The notes beneath the pieces were generated by a model that made no database searches, was not told the DNA's origin, and was given only the letters and a program-made list of their open reading frames with translations. Of a stretch of 64,000 nt of DNA, positions 33,601 to 43,700 are shown one piece after another; positions within the stretch are counted from its first letter, which is position 1, and the number at the start of each line of letters is the position of its first letter. Source of the stretch: Dehalococcoidia bacterium (GTDB lineage: Bacteria; Chloroflexota; Dehalococcoidia; UBA2979); assembly GCA_965219085.1 (NCBI GenBank), contig OZ244720.1, positions 768,001-832,000 on the forward strand, given 5' to 3'. Position numbers and translations under genes: made by a program.

Positions 33601-36600
33601 ACGTCGGTCACGGAATACAACCCCACGACCGGGCAAGAACTGCTCTCGCTGACCCTGAGCGACGGCGGCAGCGGCACGCCCCCGCTCAACACCCGCTCCT
33701 ACGCGCTGCCCTTCGAGGCGCTGGCGAAGCAACCCGAAGCGCTGTCGGCGGCGTTCCCCGAGAGCGCGTATTCGTCGACGTTTAGCCTCGGCGCCAGCGA
33801 CGCGCCGACGGTCGTGGTCGAGTTCAGCGAACCGGTCGCGGACTTCCCCGCCGACACGCCCTCCGTGATCGTCCAGGGCGCGACGGTCGCCGGGGTCAGT
33901 CCGCACCTCGTTGCCGGCGAAGCGGCGGACGCCTATCTCTTCACGTTGACCCCAGCCGGCGACGGGCCGGTCACCTTCAATCTCCGCGCCGGTGAGCTGT
34001 GCTCCGCCGGCGGGATTTGCACCCGGGACGGAACCACGCTCTCGTCCGTGCCTGCGCCCTACGTGATCGCGCCGTCGCTCAGGGTGTCCTTCACACAGAC
34101 CGCGTTCAGCGCCGACGAAGGTGAGTCGGCTGCCATCGCCGTCAGCCTGAGCGCCCCCTACCAGGGGCTGCAGAAGCTTGTCGTTCCGATCCTCGTGGCT
34201 GCGACCGGGACCGCTTCCGCCGCCGACTACACCGCCCCGGGGAACGTGGGTTTCGTGGCCGGCGAGTCGCGACGGACCGTGCAGATGCCAATCGGCGACG
34301 ACGCGCTGATCGAAGGCGACGAAACCGTCACGCTCTCGATCGGGGACTTGCCGGAGGGGGTCGTGCTGGGCGACCACCCCTCGACCACGGTGACGATCAC
34401 TGACGCCGACCGCGCCTCGTTGCAACTCTCCATTAGTGACAGTGAGGTGGGCGAGGGCGCCAGCGTGGAGTTGACCGTGAGCCTGAGGGGCGACGCCACC
34501 TTTGCCGCCGCGCAGACGATCGACCTCGTGTTCGAGGGCTCAAGCGCCGAAGAGCGGGTCGACTTCGTCGTCGAGGATGCCGCGGGGCGAACGCTTTCGA
34601 CCCCGCACGCCCTCAACCTCGTGGCGGGTGCCCGCTCAGTCCGGGCCGTTGTCCGCATCCTGGACGATACGCAGGAGGAGGTTGCGGAACGCATCGTGGT
34701 CCGGGCCAAGCTCGGGACAGCCGTCTTCGGCATTGGGGTCATCACCATTGCGGCAAACGACGCCCCGCCCGTACCGACCAACAACCCACCGGCATTCAGG
34801 GAGGGCCTCCGCGCCTCACGCTCGCTCGCCGAGAACGCAGGCTCGAATGAGCATGTCGGCAGACCACTTGAGGCCACGGACGTCGATCCAGGCGACACGC
34901 TGACCTATTCGCTGAGCGGCGGCGACGCCGGCTCGTTCACCCTGGTCCGAGCCAGCGGACAGATCCGGACACGGCCCGCGGTCGCCTACGACTACGAGGC
35001 GAAGTCGAGGTACGAGGTCACGGTGACCGCTTCGGACGGCGAAGCGGAGGCGTCAATCGACGTGACGATCACGGTGGATGACGTGGGCGAGCCGCCCGAT
35101 GCCCCACCGGCGCCGACGGTGACGCCGGCATCACCGTCCAGCCTGGAGGTTATGTGGACGGCGCCCCCCACTCCCGACCGGCCGCCGGTCGGGAGCTACG
35201 ACCTGCGTTACAAGCAGACGGAGGCGGCGACGTTCACCGACGGACCACCGGACGTGAGAGGCACGCGAGCGACGATTGACGGTCTGACGCCGGGCACCGC
35301 CCACGAGGTTCAGGTGCGCGCACGGAACAAGGATGGCGATGGCGCCTGGTCGCCGTCCGGCCACGCACAGACCGCGGTGGTACCGGTGGTGTCGCTGGCC
35401 CTGAAGCCGGCCTCCATTTCGCCGGGCGGGGTCAGCACCGTCACGGCGACGGTGTCGCCCGCCTCGCCAACCGCGTTCAAGCTGAACATCTGGGTGGCGG
35501 CGTTCCCGCCGGTGCTGGGACACTTCACAGTCAGCGCGAACAATGTCCTGGGCTTCGCGGCAAACGAGACGCAGAGCACGGGTCTGGTTGAGATCAAGGG
35601 CATCACTCCGATCGTGGTGAATGTGACCGCGACTGTGTCTCAGGGCGCCACGGTACGGCCTCCGCCTCGCCTGCAACTGACGATTGCGGGTTCCGACGAC
35701 CCCGACCCCGGCCCCACGCCCGAGCCCGGTCCCGGCCCCACGGGCGGCGGCCCCTCCGGTCCCTCGCCCAGCGAGCTCGACTTCGAGTGGGCGGTGAAGC
35801 ACGACATCGAGGCGCTCGCCGCCGCCAACGCGGCCGCCACCGGCGTCTGGTCCGACGGTGAGACGCTCTGGGTGGCCAACAACCCCGACGGCGCCGGCGA
35901 CGGCGTCTACGCCTACGACCTCGAGACGGGCGAACGCGTCGAGGAGCGCGAGTTCGAGCTCGACGAGGCCAACCGCGCGCCGCGCGGCCTCTGGTCGGAC
36001 GGCACGGTGATCTGGGTCTCCGACAGTGGCCGGGACAAGCTCTTTGCACACGACCTCGCCAGCGGCGAGCGGCTCCTCGACTCCGACCTCGCACTGCACC
36101 CCGATAACGACGACCCACGCGGCATCTGGTCCGACGGCGAGACGATGTGGGTGCTGGATGGCCGCGACGACGCCCTCTTCGCCTACGACCTCGCGAGCGG
36201 CCAGTTGCTCGCCGAGTGCGCCCTCGACAGCGCCAACGGCGACCCCCGCGGCCTCTGGTCGGACGGCGTCACGATCTGGGTCTCCGACGACGGCGCCAAG
36301 CGCCTCTTCGCCTACCGGCTGCCCCTCCTCCCGGAGGAAGCGGCGGTCCCGGACGTGGAGGACGCCGATGCGGACGGGAAGGAGCTCGAGCGCGTCCGCG
36401 ACGAGGAGTTCACAAAGCTCTCCCGCGCCAGCAACAACAGCCCGCGCGGCATCTGGTCCGACGGCGACGTCATCTACGTCGCCGACGCGAGCGACGACAA
36501 GGTCTACAGCTACAACATGCCCGACGCCATCGACGCCCGCCTCGCCTCGCTCACGCTCAGCGGCGTCGAGATCGGCGAGTTCTCCCCTGGGCGGGAGGAG

Positions 36601-37395
36601 TACGCGGCAGTCATCGCTGAGGACATCACCGAGACGACGGTCGAGGCCGAGGCGCTGCAGCGCCGCACCACCGTCGTCATCGACCCGCCCGACGCCGACG
36701 ACAACGAGGCGAACGGCCACCAGGTCGCGCTCGAAGGCGTCGAGGCGATCACTGTCACCGTCACCTCCGCCGACGGCAGCCGCACGAAGACCTACCGCGT
36801 GCGCTTCCCCGAGACGGGCTGGGATCCGGCCCGCGATCCCTGGCCCCACTGCCTGCGCGGCGCCGTCTCCGCGGGCTTCAGCCTCGTCGTCTTCGCGGGC
36901 GGCGGCGTCGACGAACTCTCCGCCTGCGCGGAGAGCCGGGAGATCGTGGCCTTCTACACCCTGCACGAGGGCGTCTACGTCTCCTACCTCGTCGCGGCGC
37001 CTGACTTCGTCAACCGCGCGTTCAGGGAGCTCTTCGGCGACGGGCTCCCGCTCATGACGCCGCTGGTCGCCGGCAGCGACGGACCGCCCTCGGCGGACCC
37101 CTTCGGCGGTGACCTCGACGGCGCTGGGCAGCCGTGGCCGCACTGCCTGCGCGGCGAGGTCGCAGAGGGCTTCAGCATCGTCGTTTTCGCGGGCGGCAGC
37201 GTCGCCGACCTCGTCGCCTGCGCCGAGAGCCGGGCTGTCACGGCCCTCTACATCCTGCACAACGGCGAGTGGGTGTCCTACATCCTCGGGGCGCCGGAGT
37301 TCGCGAACCTCGAGTTCAGGGAGCTGTACGCCGACGGGCTGCCCGCCCTCACGCCGCTGGTCGCCAAGAGTGAGGGCGCACCTGCCGCCAACTGA
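27640..37395 (+). CDS. Giant secreted protein of about 3250 aa split by two single-base frameshifts: FN3, cadherin, two arylsulfotransferase (ASST) domains, Calx-beta, cadherin, FN3, GxWSDG propeller, duplicated C-terminal domain
   Basis: ORFs 27640..29004, 28736..32734 and 32731..37395 join at LTV|TVGDVDE (extra T in GTTT, ~28730) and NGVP|RVHRRII (missing base in CCCGGG, ~32650). ASST-like motifs YAHLN, SFR, FCGQH, LLLxDNG each occur twice. Could be a pseudogene or an assembly error. Confidence 0.8.
35734..37375 (+). repeat. Shared ~1.65-kb 3' cassette, copy A
   Basis: Near-identical to 44638-46285 from GPTGGG..SGPSPSELDFEW to TPLVxKS. Confidence 0.95.
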
Positions 37396-37677
37396 CTTCT
37401 CTCCCCTGCCTGCTCCTCTTTGGTTCGAGACCGAGCTGCTCCGTCTACACGTGCCTCAGGCGTCGCACGGGGAGGGGATGCCACTCTGGCCGCCACCAGA
37501 AGCCAAGCCACATGAGAGGGGGAGAGGTCACGGCACGGTAGGCCGTGGCCTCCCCCCACCCACCCCCCAGGGTGTGCAGGCTCTTCAGCGTCCTGGCCGA
37601 GGCAACTGTGGAGCCGCCCCCAACTCTCTCGGCCCCAATCGCCGCCCAAGCCGGGCTCGAACGCCACGCTTCAGCGC

Positions 37678-37731
37678 TGTTGACCAAGACACATTATGTC
37701 ATTGACTCACATCATGCGCGTCCGTTCTAAT
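37678..37731 (+). promoter_or_regulatory. TTGAC-N17-TTGAC motif, copy 2
   Basis: TTGAC at 37680 and 37702, followed by GCGTCCGTT and a -10-like TCTAAT at 37726. Confidence 0.7.
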
Positions 37732-40700
37732 TCCGCACCGAGCAAGGCGGCAAGACACGCCAGCCGGCCGACAAGACAGAGGCCGGGGCTCGCGACGGGG
37801 GGTACGCCCCCGGAGGTGTTGCAAGTCTTGCCAACTCAGCCGCCCGCCGTCCTGCACGACCCCCGATGTCAGCCTGGCCGGCGAGCCGCACTCGCCCGGA
37901 CAGGCTTCCTCCGGCTGGCGCTGCTCGTGGCGGCCGCCGTGCTCACCCTGCTGGCGCTGCCCTGGGTCGCCCATGCCGAGGGCGACGGCGCCGCCTCCAG
38001 CGCCAGCCCCGACGTGCGGAGCTCGGCGCGCAACGTGACTGCCATCGCACTGGCGAGCACCTCCCCGACCACCGCGACCGCCACCGTGACGGTCAGTGCG
38101 GCGGGAACGTTCCATCTGCGGTTCTCTCTCAAGGACGAGGACCAGTGGCAGACGGCGGCGCCGGCCATCGCCTCGGCAGCGGAGGACCTGACCTTCAGCC
38201 TCACGGGCCTGGTGGCGAACGCCTACTTCGACGTCCAGGTGTCGGAGGACTCCACCTTCGGGACAGGCGTTGAGAGCATCACCTTCCAGAACCGGCCCGC
38301 GGATCTCGACTTTGCGTTGGCCGAAAGCGACATTCCCACAGGCATCGCGGGAGACGCCAGCACGCTCTGGATCGCGTTCGACGGGTTCACTGCCGAGGGG
38401 AATCATTTCGGCATTCCGACGAAGCTGCTGGCCTACAAGCGCCTGCCCGAGGCCGAACGTGGAAACCGTGACGAGGACAAGGACATCACCCCAACGACGG
38501 GCCACAACCTACCAGGCGGCCTCTGGTCCGACGGGACGCACCTGTACGCCGTGGACCAGTCCCAGTTCAGGGTCTACGTCTACAAGCTGTCGGACGGAAG
38601 CCGGGCGGCGTCCAGGGAATTCGCTTTCCCTGGCGACCACTCCAACGCGAAGGGCATCTGGGCCAACCGCGACACGTTCTGGGTCGTTGCCCCCCGGCAC
38701 AGCGCCTATGCCTACAAGCGCACACCGGCCAGTCAGTACGGCGACCGCGACACGGCGAAGGACATCACCCTGCACGAGGATGGCAGCTACGCTCTTCGCG
38801 GCCTCTGGTCCGACGGTGACACGATATGGGCGGTCGACGGCGTTGATCGGAAGGTCCATGCCTTCGATCTGCGGCACGGTCTCCCCTTGCCGGAGTTGAG
38901 TGTCCCGCTGGCCCGCGCTCACTCCGCCGTCGGGGCCCCATCGTGGGGAGCCAGCGGCATGTGGGGAGACGGGGAGCACCTCTGGATCCTGGATGCCAAT
39001 CGCGGCGATCGCAACGGGTCAACGGTCTTCGTCTACTACCAGCCGCGGCTGGACCCGAGCGTATCCGCGCTGTCCGTCATCTCCGCTACCGACACCGCCC
39101 TCACTATTCGCGCCGACATGATCTACCCCGACCCCAGCAGGACCGTGTACCTGCGTTACCGCGAGCCTTTCGGCGACACCTGGTCCACGACCAGTGGGAC
39201 AGGCGGACGGACCATCGACTTCACGATCTCCGGGCCGCCAGCAGCGCCCACGCTCGTGGTACAGGCCTCACTCGACAGCACCTTCTCCGACGGGACCGAA
39301 GCCACGGCGGAGCTGCTGGTGCGGCCGGCGCAGCACGACTTCGCCCTGACGCGAGGGACCGGGCAGGTGCGCGGTATCTGGACCGACGGAGCAACCCTGT
39401 GGGCCGTGCACGACACGCACGATGGGGGGCGCGTCGACGCCTACAACCTGAGCACCAAGGCCTACGACGCCTCCAGGAGCTTCGCGCTCGCTTCCGGGAA
39501 CACCGCCCCTCGCGGCGTCTATGCGAACAGCAGCAACATGTGGGTGGTCGACGAGCAGGACAAGGTGTGGGCCTACGCGCTCTCCGGCTCCTCCTTCGGC
39601 AGCGTAGACAGCACGAGGACTTTCGAGATAGCGACCGAGAGCGGCCACCCGAGAGGGGCGTGGTCCAACGACACCACGTTGTGGGTAGCGGGCCACGTCC
39701 GGGAGCGGGTCCTTGCCTACAACATCGCCAGCACCGGCACCCTCGGAGCGCGCGACACAGCGAAGGAGGGCGCGCTCGCCACCTCCTACGCACAACCCAG
39801 GGGCATGTGGTCCGACGGGACCACACTCTGGGTCGTCGACGACAGCCTGGACAGGGTCTATGCCTACGCTCTGGCGGACACGGGTGTCGGGGCGCGGAAG
39901 CCCCTCCGGGAGATAAACCTGGTCCGCGAGAACCCGGCGCCGTGGGGGATCGCCTCGAGCGGAAACATCCTCTACGTGGCCGATGAGGTGAAGGCCAGGG
40001 TGTACGCCTACATGCTGCCGGCTGCGCCGAGCGGGGACATCACCAATGTGGCGTTCGATCAGGTCGGACGAACGACGGCGAGCATCACGGTCACCATCAA
40101 CAACCCCGACGCCTCCGAGCAGACGGTCGCTCTCAAGTACCGGGCTCTGCCGGATGGCGCGGCTCAGGAGGTGAGCGAGACGACCAGCGGTACATCCGTC
40201 ACCTTCGATTTGACGGGCCTGACGACCGACACCCTCCACGCCCTCCGCGTCAGCCTTGGTACCGCGGGCGCACTGCATACTCCCGGGTTCAAGACCCAGT
40301 CCGAAAAGGAGCAACGAGGTCACTACCTGAACGAGGAAGTTGTCTCCGTACTCGAAGGGGACTACCCATGGTTGGGCGAGCTGTACGAACACATGCGTCG
40401 CTTAAGCCTTGATATCCGTCCGCTTTCCGACACCAAAGTGTTCCTGGATTGCGAGACCAGCAGAATAGAGCAGTTGGCTGGCTGTGCGGTTGTTGGCATT
40501 AACATGGGCAAGCGGCACGCATCTGACACTGGCGTTTACGTCCATGAGCTGGGTCACGTCTACAATGCGGGATCACGGTACATGGGAGAAGATTCCGAGG
40601 GTCGCGGCATTGCCTGGCTCTACTTCGCGGACCTCGCGGAGGGGGGAACCGACTGTTTCGTCCATGAGCTCTTTGCCGCTGCCGTCGAGTTCTACACGAT

Positions 40701-43700
40701 GAAGCAGTCCAATCAGGCGTACTACCCTGATTGCAGCAATACAGATGACAGCCCTTCTGAAGCCACGCTGGACCTGACCGAGAGCATCGTCACCAAGGGA
40801 ATACCGACCTGGTTCGACACAACCTACGCGGACGACACCGTTCCCTATGACACCTCCACAGATCCCAAGTACGACAAGAAATACGACCTCGAACAGGTCT
40901 GGACCGATGTCAAGAGCGTGGGGAAATGGGATCACGCGGCTGTGTTCGCGTTGCGCAACGCATTCGGTGGCTACTGCGATCGGGATCGAACAAGGGAGGC
41001 CGCGCTCCGTGACGCCCCCACCCGCAATCCCTGGCGCGCCGGCGGCTGCGTCCCCCAGGCTCCTGAAGCGGTCACCCTGGCCCCCAACGGCCACGTGACC
41101 TGGCAGGCGCCGCCTTACGACGGGGGCGAATACATCACCGCCTACCTGGTGGAGTGGAAGGGCCGGAACGAGGAGTATGACCCCTCCCGGTCCGCCGAGA
41201 TCACCCATGTCTTTGGGACGCTCGCCTACCAGACGCCCAGCACAGAACACGGCTCGAGTGTGCGCGTCTCTGCCCGGAACTTTAACGGCAGCGGCGAGGC
41301 CGCCGAGGACGTCCAGCCCATCGTTGCGCCGGGAGCGCCCGCTGTCTCCCTGACCGCCGGGGACGAGGAACTCACCGCGCGATGGAGCGCACCCGCCAGC
41401 GACGGCGGCGCCGCCATCACCAGCTACGACCTGCGCTCCATCCGCAACGACGCGGCGGACAAGGCCGACGACAAGTGGACCGAGGTGATCGGCGCCTGGA
41501 CCTCGGGCGACCTCGAACACACGGTCAGCGGACTGAGCAACGGCACGCAGTACGACGTGGAGGTGCGGGCGGTCAACCGGATCGGCGCCGGCGAGTGGTC
41601 AACCACTCAGACAGGCACCCCCCTCTCCGCGGACGCCACCCTGCAGGCGCTGTCACTGAGCGGAGCAAGACTCAGTCCCGCCTTCGCGAGTGAGGACACC
41701 TCGTACACGGCATCCGTCGGCTACACCGTGACGCAGATCACGGTGACCGCGACCAAAAACGATGCCGGCGCCGACACTACCCTCGTGAGGCCCTCCGACG
41801 CCGACTCCAATGTCGCCGGTTACCAGGTGAACCTGTCGGTTGGCCGGAACGACATCGCTATCAGTGTGAGGGCCGCGAACGGAAGCACCAGGATCTACAC
41901 CGTGACGGTGACCCGTACGAGGCAGGACACCTCGCTGACCCCGGCGGCGCGTGATCCCGTTGCGCCGTTCCCGTCGGAGGCCGTCTACACCGTGACGTTC
42001 CAGGGCGCGTGGACCACGGTTGCCACCCCGGAAGGGGTTCCGAGCAATGCCCACTTCTCGCGCCTGGTGGGCGCCGTCCACAGCGCCGCCGCGACCTTCC
42101 TGAGGAGCGGCTCGGCGGCCACCGACGGGGTCGAGGTCATGGCCGAGGAAGGGCAGACCGCGAACCTCCAGACCGAAGTGCAGACGGCTATCACGGCCAC
42201 GACCGCGCGCAGTATCCTCGACGGCGGCACCGGCTCCATTGGCCCCACCCTCTCGGACACCCTTCGTCCCACGCTCAGCACCGCATACCCACGGGTCACG
42301 CTGGTCACGATGATCGCCCCCAGCCCCGACTGGTTCGTGGGGGTCTCCGGCCTGCCCCTGCTCTCCAGCAGCGGCCGCTGGCTGCGTTCCCACACGCTCA
42401 ACCTCTACCCGTGGGACGCGGGCACGGAGGAGGGCACCGGATTCTCGACCTCCAATTCGGAGACGGACCCGCCTGAATCCATCACCAGCATCCGGGGAAC
42501 GGGTAAGTTCTCGACGGACCCGATCGCGACCCTGTCGTTCGCGCTCCAGTCCGTCAGCACCACGCGCACCGTCGTGGAGAACACGCCGCCAGGCGGGAAC
42601 ATCGGCCTGCCGGTCACGGCAACGGCCACGGACGGCGCGGTCACCTACACCCTGGGCGGGGCCGATGCCGCTTCGTTCGCGATTGTGGCCTCGCGCGGCC
42701 AGCTGCGGACGAAGGAGGCCCTCGACTACGAGAGCAGGGACAACTACGTGGTGGAAGTCACCGCCACGGATGCGAGCGGTTCAGCGGTCACGACGGTCAC
42801 CGTCACGGTCACCGACATGAACGAACCGCCGCAGATCACCCCCGCCGACGACATCGCGGTCGACGAGAATTACGACGGAACGCTTGCCGCCTTCAGCGCA
42901 CGCGACCCCGAGAACGAGCCCGGCCTCACGTACACATGGTCGCTGGCGGGAACCGACACGGGCGAATTCAACCTCAGCGAGGCCGGCGTGCTTGCGTTCA
43001 AGCACATCCCCGACGCCGACAACCCGGCCGACTCCGGGCGGGACAACGTCTACGACATCACCGTGCGCGCCCTCGACAGCGCGGGCATGAGGGGTAGCAT
43101 CGACATCACCGTCACGGTCAGGCCCGTCAACGAGCCGCCCGTCATCAGCCCGCCGGCGATCATCACCACGCCCGGAACTCTCGACTACGCCGAGAATGAC
43201 ACGAGAGCCATCGTCTTCACCGCAAGGGACCCCGAGGGCGGCGCGATCATCTGGCGGCCGCTCGGTGGCGCGGATGGCGATCGCTTCACCCTCGTCACCG
43301 GCACGCTCCGGTTCGCCGCGACACCGGACTACGAGGCCCCGTTGGATGCGGGCCGTGACAACACCTACAACGTGACGATCGGCGCGTCCGACGCCGTGGA
43401 GGACGCCAGCTACACCCTCACGGTGCGTGTCACGAACAGGGAGGAGCCCGGGACGCTCAGCCTCTCCTCGGAGCAGCCGCTGGTGGGAACCGTCCTGACG
43501 GCCACCCTGGCGGACCCGGACCGCGTGCGCAGCGAGTCGTGGACGTGGGAGCGCTCGTTGAACCTACCCACCTGGAGCGAGATCGACGGCGCCACGAGCG
43601 AGCGCTACACACCGGTGGCGGACGACCTGTACCACTACCTGCGGGTGACGGTCGACTACACCGACGGCCACGGCCCGGACAAGCGCATCCAGAAGAGGGC

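Noticed and set aside
37518-37556. Hairpin after the first giant gene as a terminator
   Set aside because: The stem is imperfect and has no T-tract.
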